Positions 56,365-64,000 of a DNA stretch of 64,000 bases are shown piece after piece. How positions within the stretch are numbered: position 1 is the first letter of the stretch; the number at the start of each line of letters is the position of its first letter. Source of the DNA: an uncultured Thermotogaceae bacterium. Its GTDB lineage: Bacteria > Thermotogota > Thermotogae > MWEM01. A program made the translations under genes and the position numbers. The DNA lies in contig CAZOJQ010000006.1 of NCBI GenBank assembly GCA_964580185.1, positions 10,240 through 74,239 on the forward strand. The letters are read 5' to 3'. Below the pieces are notes generated by a model. It did no database searches. It was given only the letters and a program-made list of their open reading frames with translations, and was not told the origin of the DNA.

Positions 56365-56449
56365 ACAACACAGAATATATGGGGGAAGAGATGAAGAGAA
56401 CCCACAACTTTTGGGATTTAGCCCAAAAACAGGTTGTGGTTTTTTTTTG
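56365..56449 (+). ncRNA. Candidate roughly 85-nt leader transcript / small RNA ending in an intrinsic terminator; contains the start of a possible 50-codon leader ORF
   Basis: The promoter above is followed 36 nt later by an extended hairpin (CCACAACTTTTGGG-atttag-CCCAAAAacagGTTGTGG) plus nine Ts at 56402..56449. An SD-preceded ATG at 56391 opens a 50-aa ORF that reads through the hairpin and ends with TGA overlapping the GTG start of the permease gene. Confidence 0.35.
56402..56449 (+). terminator. Intrinsic terminator/attenuator hairpin with 9-nt U-tract inside the leader of the sugar ABC operon
   Basis: Two-tier stem (7 bp plus 7 bp with a 4-nt bulge) followed by TTTTTTTTT. Confidence 0.6.
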
Positions 56450-56539
56450 CTTCCTATTTGGACCAATCTTGAAATCCGCAAAACGGGCACTCATGGCATC
56501 CAATGAAGCGGCATATTCCGAAATGGGGGTGGCAGGTTC

Positions 56540-57418
56540 GTGAAACGAAAGACCCTAGATAAGCTCACGGGATGGATGGTGGTTCTTCCTTCCTTGACAA
56601 CGCAAATCATCTTTATCTACCTTCCTTTGATCTGGGCTGTGTATATCAGTTTTTTCAACTGGAACATGATCCGGCCCATGAGGTATATTGGCCTGGACAA
56701 TTACACCCGAATGTTCTCCAATGAAAGCTTTTGGAATTCCATGTGGGTGACTTTCCTGTACATCATCGGGACTGTTCCCGCCTCCGTCCTTATCGGATTG
56801 GGTCTGGCTCTGCTCCTAAACATCAAATGGCTCAAAGGCAGAGGGATTTTCCGAACCGCTTTCTACATCCCTGTCATTACATCCATGGCTGCCGCTGCTG
56901 TCATTTGGGCGTGGATCTTTGAAGGAAACTACGGTCTGATGAACCAGTTATTGGGCACGTTTGGAATCCCGCCCATCCGATGGCTGGCTGATCCGAACTT
57001 TACTCTTGTCGCATTGATGATCGTGGGGGTTTGGAAACGGATTGGCTACAACATGGTTCTCTTTCTTGCGGGACTCCAAAATATCCCCAGTACCTATTAC
57101 GAAGCCGCAGAAATCGACGGGGCCAAAACCTGGACCAAGCTGATCCGGATTACTGTTCCACTTCTGTCTCCAACCACACTTTTTGTGGTCATTCTTCAGT
57201 TCATCGCTTCATTCCGGGTTTTTGTTTCAGTCAGCGTCATGACACAGGGAGGGCCAGCCCGTTCCACTGAAGTGATCACTTTCTATCTGTATGAAAACGC
57301 CTTCCGGTACCTGCGGTTTGGTTATGCGTCCGCGATTGCCGTTGTGATGTTTGTATTGATGATGATTTTCACCGTATTGCAGTTTCGGATCAGCAAGAAT
57401 CGGGTGCATTACGGATGA
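56540..57418 (+). CDS. Carbohydrate ABC transporter permease, MalF/UgpA-type
   Basis: EAAEIDGAKTWTKLIRITVPLL EAA loop and 6 TM helices. GTG 56540 overlaps the leader ORF stop; ATG 56576 is an alternative. Confidence 0.85.
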   Translation: MKRKTLDKLTGWMVVLPSLTTQIIFIYLPLIWAVYISFFNWNMIRPMRYIGLDNYTRMFSNESFWNSMWVTFLYIIGTVPASVLIGLGLALLLNIKWLKGRGIFRTAFYIPVITSMAAAAVIWAWIFEGNYGLMNQLLGTFGIPPIRWLADPNFTLVALMIVGVWKRIGYNMVLFLAGLQNIPSTYYEAAEIDGAKTWTKLIRITVPLLSPTTLFVVILQFIASFRVFVSVSVMTQGGPARSTEVITFYLYENAFRYLRFGYASAIAVVMFVLMMIFTVLQFRISKNRVHYG

Positions 57419-58245
57419 GAAAACCACCACCCGTACCCATTCGTCTGATCGTGATCGGAGCGATCTCCGTAGTAATGATCATTGTCAACCTCCCGTTCAT
57501 TTGGATGCTTGTTACAACCTTCAAAACGGAAGCAGAAGTGTTCCGAATCCCACCCAGCTTTATCCCGACCATCTTCGATCTGAGAAACTACGAACGAGCC
57601 TTTCAAATCGTCGCTCTCGATCGCTATCTACTCAATACCCTGTTTGTCGCCCTTAGTGTGACGGGTCTCCAACTTGTTTTTAACAGCTTGGCTGCCTATG
57701 GTCTCGCGCGAATCCCATTTCGAGGAAGAAAAATCGTATTTGCCATGCTCATCGGAACGTTGCTCGTCCCTCCGGAAGTGACTATGGTTCCATTATATAT
57801 TATTGTCCGGCAGATGGGGATGTTTAACTCTTATCGAGCGCTTATCGTTCCCTTCATGAGCAGCGCCTTCGGGATTTTTCTGCTCCGGCAGTTTTTCATG
57901 ACCATACCCAAAGACCTCGAGGAAGCTGCAATCATGGATGGAGCTGGCCGTTTGCGGATCTTTTGGTCTATCATCCTGCCTTTGTCCAAACCGGCTCTTT
58001 GGACGATGTCCCTATATGTCTTTCTGGCCATGTGGAACGAATACATGTGGCCTTTAGTAATCATCAACGATCTGAACAAGCAGATGATTCAAGTAGGAAT
58101 CTCTCAATTCGTCAGCGGATGGGAGGTCCAATGGACTCTACGAATGGCTGCCTCAACAGTTGCAGTGATTCCAATCATCATTTTCTTCCTCTTCGTACAA
58201 AAACAGTTTGTGGAAGGAATCAGTATTTCTGGCATGAAAGGATGA
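57415..58245 (+). CDS. Carbohydrate ABC transporter permease, MalG/UgpE-type
   Basis: EAAIMDGAGRLRIFWSIILPLSKP EAA loop. ATGA overlap with the upstream permease. Confidence 0.85.
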   Translation: MRKPPPVPIRLIVIGAISVVMIIVNLPFIWMLVTTFKTEAEVFRIPPSFIPTIFDLRNYERAFQIVALDRYLLNTLFVALSVTGLQLVFNSLAAYGLARIPFRGRKIVFAMLIGTLLVPPEVTMVPLYIIVRQMGMFNSYRALIVPFMSSAFGIFLLRQFFMTIPKDLEEAAIMDGAGRLRIFWSIILPLSKPALWTMSLYVFLAMWNEYMWPLVIINDLNKQMIQVGISQFVSGWEVQWTLRMAASTVAVIPIIIFFLFVQKQFVEGISISGMKG

Positions 58246-58274
58246 CCCCAACTTACCCTATGGAGGTGAATGGC

Positions 58275-59528
58275 ATGAAGAAAGGTTTATGGTTCGCATT
58301 GATCGTGCTGCTGGCAGTGGCAGCCTTTGCGGCGCCGGTCAAAGTAACGATGTGGTATGCGCAGACAGGGATTTACTCCCAAGCGCTTTTGGACCTTGCG
58401 GAAGAGTTCAATCAACTGCATGAGGGCAAATACCGAGTGGAAATGGTGTATACAGGCAATTATCAGGACACCATGTTGAAACTCCTGGCATCCATGCTTG
58501 CGGGAGATTTGCCAACATTGGCCCAGATCGAACAATCGAGAATTGGGCAGTTTGTGGACGGGATGGCCTTTCAGGATCTCCACGAGTTTATCCGGAGAGA
58601 TTCAGCCTTCCAAAAAGAATTTGACGATTACTGGCCCCGCTTCATGGCTGCCAACACCTACGACGGAAAACTCTACGCTTTTCCTCTGAACAACAGCACT
58701 CCGCTGATGTATTACAACAAGGATCTTTTCGTGGAAGCCGGTTTGGATCCGAATCAACCTCCCGAGACATGGACACAAGTATTGGAAGTTTCAAAAAGGA
58801 TCAAAGCGGTCAACCCCGACTATTTTGGCTATCGGTTGGGGAATGACGACTGGTTGCTTGAAGCCTATCTGTGGCAGTTTGGCGCGGATATCATTTCCGA
58901 TGACGGGGAAACCATGCTTATTTACTCGCCGGAAGCGGTTGAATGCTGGACTTTCTTCCACAAAGCTGCTCATGAAGGTTATTTTGCCTATGCCCCGACC
59001 GGACCAGAGGGCAATACGCTGGATCTTTCCGGAAGAATTGGCATGGTCGGTCGATCCACGGGAAGCCTTGCCTATATGATCGAGAATACGCCGTATGAAT
59101 TGGGCGCGGCCGTTATGCCCAGAGAAGTCAGGCAGATGGTTCCCATCGGTGGAGCCAATGTTTTCATGTTCGCCTCCCGCCCCCAGGCGGAAAAAGAAGC
59201 CGGTTGGGAATTTCTGAAATTCGCCACTAGCTACGAAGGAACCCTCAAGTACGCTATGTCCACTGGATACATGACCAGCAGGATCTCTGCCTTCGAGGCT
59301 CCAATCATCCAGGAGATCATGAGGGCAGACCCGAGATACGCCTTGACCTATCAACAGCTTGCAGAAAGCGCGGTCCGGCGGCCCTGGTTTGGACCATACC
59401 CAGAAGTCCACGCAAGGATCACCTCTGCGTGGCAGACACTGATGACCGATCCCAACGTCAATATCAATAACCTTCTTCAACGATTGCACAACGAGTGCCA
59501 GCGAATTCTTGACGACTACTACTTCTAA
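58275..59528 (+). CDS. Carbohydrate ABC transporter substrate-binding protein (family 1, MalE/UgpB-like)
   Basis: GGAGGTG 5 nt before ATG 58275. Signal peptide MKKGLWFALIVLLAVAAFAA. 417-aa SBP_bac_1-like sequence. The longer track ORF from 57963 is not supported. Confidence 0.8.
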   Translation: MKKGLWFALIVLLAVAAFAAPVKVTMWYAQTGIYSQALLDLAEEFNQLHEGKYRVEMVYTGNYQDTMLKLLASMLAGDLPTLAQIEQSRIGQFVDGMAFQDLHEFIRRDSAFQKEFDDYWPRFMAANTYDGKLYAFPLNNSTPLMYYNKDLFVEAGLDPNQPPETWTQVLEVSKRIKAVNPDYFGYRLGNDDWLLEAYLWQFGADIISDDGETMLIYSPEAVECWTFFHKAAHEGYFAYAPTGPEGNTLDLSGRIGMVGRSTGSLAYMIENTPYELGAAVMPREVRQMVPIGGANVFMFASRPQAEKEAGWEFLKFATSYEGTLKYAMSTGYMTSRISAFEAPIIQEIMRADPRYALTYQQLAESAVRRPWFGPYPEVHARITSAWQTLMTDPNVNINNLLQRLHNECQRILDDYYF

Positions 59529-59567
59529 GTCTCGGTTTCGCTCGAATCATAGGTTCCAGTAGTACAG

Positions 59568-59593
59568 AGAGGCGCCAAAAGGGCGCCTCTTTT
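59568..59593 (+). terminator. Hairpin terminator after the sugar SBP gene, between convergent genes
   Basis: AGAGGCGCC-aaaag-GGCGCCTCT 9-bp stem followed by TTT; the U-tract is short. Confidence 0.45.
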
Positions 59594-59642
59594 GATCTGT
59601 ATCGATCTAATCCGCATTCTATGGGATTTCTTTGGCCAATGG

Positions 59643-62600
59643 TTACAGAAGAGAACGAAGCTGCTCGATATACTCCATATCCGACTGGGCGGTTTGGTAA
59701 TCCAACACCTCGCTGGCCCATTTCAACTTGCGTTCTTGAAGCTGCAAAACCTTCTCTTCTATCGTTCCTGTAGAAAAGAGGCGATAAACGTTAACCGGCC
59801 TTGTTTGGCCAATCCGATGGGTCCGATCGATCGCTTGAATCTCCGTGGCTGGATTCCACCAAGGATCAAAGAGCACAACATAGCTTGCGCGCGTTAAATT
59901 GAGGCCCAAACCCCCCACTTTGAGTGTCAGAAGGAGGATCTGCTGATCTTCGTTTTCGTTGAACTGTTGGATAATCTCCGACCGATTTCGAACGCCGCCA
60001 TGAATCACCAAATGATCTTTTCTTTGCCCTTTAAGGTGCCGAGAAATCAAATCCACCATCTGCGCGAACTGGGAAAAAACCAAAACTTTATGCCCTTCAC
60101 TGCAGATTCCTTCCAAGAGTTCGTCCAAAGCTTGGATTTTCCCCGAATACTCTGAGCCAGTCATCGATGGATTGAGAATCCCGCAATGGCAAGCCAATTG
60201 GCGGAGACGGATCAGATGGGTAAGGATCTTCCAATGATGCTTATGTAATGAGCTTTGATCGGCCAGCATCGATTCGATTTCCCGCTTTGCTTCTGCATAG
60301 CGTTCTTTGTACATCGACTCTTGAGGCGGGGGCATATCGATAAACAAGTTTTCGATGGTTTTGGGCGGGAGTTCTTTCAACACCTCATCCTTTTTCCTCC
60401 GAAGGATGAATGGACGAATCTTTTCCTGCATTCGTGGCAAATCCCGAAGATAATCCTGCTCAAAACGCCGATCCGAACCCAAAAAACCTGGCATGAGAAA
60501 ATCAAAAATTCCTTTGATGTCCCGAGGCGTATTCTCAATGGGGGTTCCGCTCAAAGCAACCCGATTGCTCGCGGGCACCTTTCGGATCTGACGAAAGGTA
60601 GCAGTGGCTTTGTTCTTGATGAATTGGGCTTCATCCAAAATCAGATAGTCCCATTTTCGCTCCAAAAAAATGTCAATATCTTGGCGCAGCAAAGCGTATG
60701 AAGTCACAACAACATGCACCGAAGAATGGTTGATCTTTTTAGCGCTCCTTTGAGCCCCGTGATATTTCACCACCCGAATCGAAGGAGTGAATCGACTCAA
60801 TTCTCGAGCCCAATTGTCCAATACAGATAAGGGTGCGACAACAAGGGCTTTGAAGGACTTGGTCGATTCTTTTCGAGCCGCCATCAGGCAAATCGTTTGG
60901 ATGGTCTTTCCTAAACCCATGTCATCGGCCAACACTCCATGCAATCCATATTCTTCCAAGAACCGCAACCATCTGTACCCTTGGATCTGATAGGATCGAA
61001 GAGATCCTTGAAACGAATCGGGAATCGGATATGCGGGCACTTGGTCAAGGTTCCAAAACCCCTTTTGGAAAGAAAGATACCGTTCATCCGATTCAAAAAG
61101 CTCTGATGGAAGGCGTTCGAGGATTTGTTGTTCATACCAAGGAATCTGAAATCGAAGGGACGCGTCTTCGGCTTCCTCTCTTGCATCAGTGCGGTATCGG
61201 TCCAGATACCGGTTGATTTGTTGGATCAGACGGGAATCGACTTTGAATGCAGCTCCATCTACTTCCACATATTTCTTCTTCTCCTCCAAGATCCGTTTCA
61301 GAACGATGGGCGAGATTTCCTCCCCTCCGCATTCTCCCCGCAGCTGAATCTCAAACCAATCTACCCCGGATTGCGCATCAACACGGATGCGCGCCTTTTT
61401 CGGAACGGACGCGCGCAACCGTTCATCCAAGCGGATCACCACTCGTTCTCCGGTCATAATGGGCTTTTTGGCATTATACAGAAAATCCAAGATCTCCATA
61501 ATCATTGGATGATCCAGATAGACCGGATTCATCCCTTCAATCATCTGCATATGGCAACCAGACTCAAAGACTTCAATCACCTGTTTCTCATACTCCCAGT
61601 TTCTCGCATAGATTGTGGATTGATCGTGATCGATGATCTGTTCTCTTCGGTCCACCCAAGCGATTTCTTTCTTCCCGTATCGGAACAAAACCCGTAATTC
61701 GTGCATGCCTTCTGTGGAATCCAATTGGAAAATCGCGACAGGTTCAACAAGGGTTGGATGATCCGATAGCGAAAATGCCGGACCATTTAAGTGAAGGTGT
61801 CCTCCAACGAGGGGGCTGAGGATCTCCTCAAACAGATGGGCTTTCATGCTTTCGGTAAGCTGATTGAGCGGTATTTGACCCAAATAGTGGACCAGTGATA
61901 GGATCCGTTCTTTGGACAAAGGAGTTTTTACCGGATAAACGACCCCGTCGCAACAGATTCCCAAGTCTGGGGCCCGCCCGTATAAAGCGGGATACGGATA
62001 GGAAGCAGAAGGACCTCGAAGCAAAATCTGCTCGAACGGGATCGAGATCCCTTCAGAGCGGTTGATAAAATGAATCTTCAATAGGTCTTGGTTTTGAATG
62101 AGGGCAGGACGGATTTCCAATTCCAGAGAGGGACCAAACCGAACGGGTTCGCGATCCTTGTCCCAATAGAATCGGGGGAAGTCGCAGAAAACCTTCATCA
62201 TCTGGAAAATACTCGTAACCACCAATTTTCCCTCTGCTGAATCCGGGTTTTCCGGATACCCTACCGTCTGAACCTGAGAGAAAACCGGATCTTGATATTT
62301 GACAATCTCCGAAAACCGAACCCGGCGCGGGCTTGTCTTCAATGTATTCCCCCGCTTACCAACTCTTTCCGCAAAAAAAGCCAACTTCAGATCAAAACGA
62401 TCCCGGATCACTTCTACGCTCATCCGTCTAGGATCCACCAAACTGATATAATCCTGCAAGAAATGAACCGGCCGGGTATACAGCGCCTGATGGAATTCCG
62501 ACAGCAAATCACGATAGTACTGGATCCGTTTGAGTCCCTGAGACAGAGAAGAACGAGGAACCGCTTGGGGGATCGACGCGAAATCTCCCTCTGGATCCGC

Positions 62601-62963
62601 ATCGATATCCAATCCACCCTCATCCAAGGATGATTTCAATTCGGCGCCCAGAGCAACCACGTGCTCGCACAAAACCCCATTTTGTCCCTGAGGGCAATTG
62701 CAGTAGTGTTGAAGGCGAAAGGAAGCCTCATGATCGGAAGAAATCAGGGTGAAGGAAGCCGAATAGACCATGGATCCGATCACTGAACCATGCAGATGCA
62801 ACCCCTGCGCATCTTGTGTTCCTTTGACAAAATACACCCATTTGTTTAAGAGATACTTCCTGGCGCGTTGCGTTAGATCGTATGGCGTCCTTGCCATAAA
62901 CTGCTGCAAAGCCTTTTCCAGCTCTCCTACTTGATATCCCAGCGTATGATGCATCCGATCCAA
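59643..62963 (-). CDS. SNF2-family helicase/ATPase with N-terminal SWIM zinc finger (1106 aa)
   Basis: SWIM CxCx(n)CxH (YCNCPQGQNGVLCEHVVAL) near the N-terminus. C-terminal SNF2_N (LADDMGLGKTIQ motif I, DEAQFIKN motif II) and Helicase_C (LFDPWWNPATEIQAIDRTHRIGQTRPV). TTG start after GGGAGGG. Confidence 0.85.
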   Translation of the reverse strand: MDRMHHTLGYQVGELEKALQQFMARTPYDLTQRARKYLLNKWVYFVKGTQDAQGLHLHGSVIGSMVYSASFTLISSDHEASFRLQHYCNCPQGQNGVLCEHVVALGAELKSSLDEGGLDIDADPEGDFASIPQAVPRSSLSQGLKRIQYYRDLLSEFHQALYTRPVHFLQDYISLVDPRRMSVEVIRDRFDLKLAFFAERVGKRGNTLKTSPRRVRFSEIVKYQDPVFSQVQTVGYPENPDSAEGKLVVTSIFQMMKVFCDFPRFYWDKDREPVRFGPSLELEIRPALIQNQDLLKIHFINRSEGISIPFEQILLRGPSASYPYPALYGRAPDLGICCDGVVYPVKTPLSKERILSLVHYLGQIPLNQLTESMKAHLFEEILSPLVGGHLHLNGPAFSLSDHPTLVEPVAIFQLDSTEGMHELRVLFRYGKKEIAWVDRREQIIDHDQSTIYARNWEYEKQVIEVFESGCHMQMIEGMNPVYLDHPMIMEILDFLYNAKKPIMTGERVVIRLDERLRASVPKKARIRVDAQSGVDWFEIQLRGECGGEEISPIVLKRILEEKKKYVEVDGAAFKVDSRLIQQINRYLDRYRTDAREEAEDASLRFQIPWYEQQILERLPSELFESDERYLSFQKGFWNLDQVPAYPIPDSFQGSLRSYQIQGYRWLRFLEEYGLHGVLADDMGLGKTIQTICLMAARKESTKSFKALVVAPLSVLDNWARELSRFTPSIRVVKYHGAQRSAKKINHSSVHVVVTSYALLRQDIDIFLERKWDYLILDEAQFIKNKATATFRQIRKVPASNRVALSGTPIENTPRDIKGIFDFLMPGFLGSDRRFEQDYLRDLPRMQEKIRPFILRRKKDEVLKELPPKTIENLFIDMPPPQESMYKERYAEAKREIESMLADQSSLHKHHWKILTHLIRLRQLACHCGILNPSMTGSEYSGKIQALDELLEGICSEGHKVLVFSQFAQMVDLISRHLKGQRKDHLVIHGGVRNRSEIIQQFNENEDQQILLLTLKVGGLGLNLTRASYVVLFDPWWNPATEIQAIDRTHRIGQTRPVNVYRLFSTGTIEEKVLQLQERKLKWASEVLDYQTAQSDMEYIEQLRSLL

Positions 62964-63015
62964 GATTCCCTCCCAAAACTATCGGTTTTTTGATTCAACC
63001 ACCAATGATTAGACG

Positions 63016-63025
63016 ATTATACCAT
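63016..63025 (-). promoter_or_regulatory. Extended -10 element (TGgTATAAT on the minus strand) upstream of the SNF2 gene
   Basis: Reverse complement of 63016..63025 reads ATGGTATAAT, about 50 nt upstream of the TTG start. Confidence 0.3.
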
Positions 63026-63088
63026 ATAATGCAACGGATTCGCTATCTTTGTTTTTTTACCCCCTTCAGACCATCACAATTCAACCGG

Positions 63089-63116
63089 TTGCGGTCCTGG
63101 AAAAATGTGCTATAAT
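63089..63116 (+). promoter_or_regulatory. Sigma-70 promoter TTGCGG-16-TGcTATAAT upstream of the peptide/oligosaccharide SBP gene
   Basis: -35 at 63089..63094; extended -10 TGc-TATAAT ending at 63116; AAGGAGGA SD at 63155 and ATG at 63168. Confidence 0.5.
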
Positions 63117-63167
63117 AAACCACCATGATCACCCCCATTCGTTGGGTAATTTGAAAGGAGGAGTACT

Positions 63168-64000
63168 ATGTGGCGTAAGGTACTTGTTTTAACGCTTGCA
63201 GTAGTCTTGGTGGGAGTAGCGGGGTTTGGGCAGGTCAAGAATCCGGACACAATGATTTACCTTCCCTTTGGCCAACCAGAAACGTTGGATCCTCACTATG
63301 CCTATGACACATCCAGCAGTCAAGCGATATTCAACATGTACGACTCATTGATCCGATATGACCACTCACGCATTGACGCATTCCTTCCCATGATTTCGGA
63401 AAAAGTCCCTACAGTGGAAAACGGTTTGATTCGTGACGGCGGTAGAACCATTGAGTTTCCGATACGAGAAGGGGTGAAGTTCCATTCTGGAAACACCTTA
63501 ACTCCAGAGGACGTTGCATGGTCTATCAAAAGAGGGATCCTGTTTGATCGTTCTGCCGGACCCATGAAACTCCTTATCGAAGCCCTTTCAGGCGCTGAAT
63601 ACTATGGGATCCGAGATTGGTTCGAAGGGCATTCCGGTATGGCTTGGTCTGACGCTGTAACCCAAGATCGAATGGTAAAGTCAGCTGAAGCCCGAACAAA
63701 ACTCATTGCGTTTTACAACGAAGTCGTAGACCCAATCGTTACCGTTGAAGGAAATAGTGTCATTTTCCATTTGAACCGTTCCTATGGACCATTCCTCTTC
63801 CAAGTGACCCATTACAGCAGTTGGGCTTCCATCATCGACAGCCAATGGGCGATTGCCAACGGCGCGTGGGATGGGAATGCTGACGGTTGGTGGAGATGGA
63901 ACGACCTGCAACCAACCGAGACCCCTCTCCACACGAAAGTTGCGGGAAGCGGTCCGTATAAGCTGGTCGAATGGGACCAGGGAAACCAAAGAATAGTCCT
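63168..64000 (+). CDS. ABC transporter substrate-binding protein, family 5 (3'-truncated by the window end)
   Basis: Signal peptide MWRKVLVLTLAVVLVGVAGFG. SBP_bac_5 N-terminal blocks: YLPFGQPETLDPHYAYDTSS, GVKFHSGNTLTPEDVAWSIKR. Confidence 0.8.
   Translation, partial: MWRKVLVLTLAVVLVGVAGFGQVKNPDTMIYLPFGQPETLDPHYAYDTSSSQAIFNMYDSLIRYDHSRIDAFLPMISEKVPTVENGLIRDGGRTIEFPIREGVKFHSGNTLTPEDVAWSIKRGILFDRSAGPMKLLIEALSGAEYYGIRDWFEGHSGMAWSDAVTQDRMVKSAEARTKLIAFYNEVVDPIVTVEGNSVIFHLNRSYGPFLFQVTHYSSWASIIDSQWAIANGAWDGNADGWWRWNDLQPTETPLHTKVAGSGPYKLVEWDQGNQRIV

Noticed and set aside
1-64000. Search for CRISPR arrays, IS elements/transposases, integrases, toxin-antitoxin pairs, restriction-modification genes, rRNA
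   Set aside because: No regularly spaced direct repeats, no transposase or integrase-like translations in any frame, no methyltransferase or nuclease motifs, and no rRNA-like sequence were found. The window looks like conserved chromosome rather than a mobile or defense island.

Overview
The window is about 64 kb of a densely coded bacterial chromosome with GC near 50%. Many genes start with GTG or TTG and many adjacent genes overlap by 4 nt at stop/start. Gene content indicates a diderm, flagellated, sugar-using organism, but the lineage cannot be assigned from sequence alone. Left to right (direction stated only where checked): (1) a partial GH38 gene and a secreted GH13 amylase, then a histidine phosphatase, a nitroreductase, a MacAB-type tripartite efflux system with two tandem TolC-like genes and its own OmpR/HK pair, all transcribed right to left (minus strand); (2) a PLP cysteine-synthase-fold enzyme, a REC-GGDEF coupled to a LivJ-like binding protein, and a LuxR-type RR with an intramembrane-sensing kinase divergent from two tandem paralogous lipoproteins; (3) a CopZ-like protein, an orphan sugar-ABC permease pair in which the MalG-type member is a giant 797-aa fusion, and a Tyr-rich secreted protein; (4) tRNA-Val, gatA-gatB, and a flagellar hook operon (ylxF-like, 800-aa FliK, flgD, a small operon protein, 830-aa FlgE); (5) a tRNA Lys-Leu-Gly cluster flanked by terminators; (6) psuK-psuG pseudouridine catabolism, dus, a PfkB kinase, wecB, an HPP protein, and an Opp-type ABC operon (SBP-BCDF); (7) ComFB-like, TrkA-family pair, REC-TPR regulator, asnS, nadE, an HD-GYP phosphodiesterase with a periplasmic sensor, Sir2; (8) a second sugar ABC operon preceded by a promoter, small leader and intrinsic terminator, then a 1106-aa SWIM-SNF2 helicase and a truncated family-5 SBP. 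I found no CRISPR array, IS element, integrase or rRNA. The best candidates for something undescribed are the leader/sRNA element upstream of the sugar ABC operon, the TCS plus paralogous-lipoprotein module, and the giant-insertion MalG permease with its Tyr-rich neighbour. All domain assignments rest on motifs I recognise in the translations; no database searches were run.
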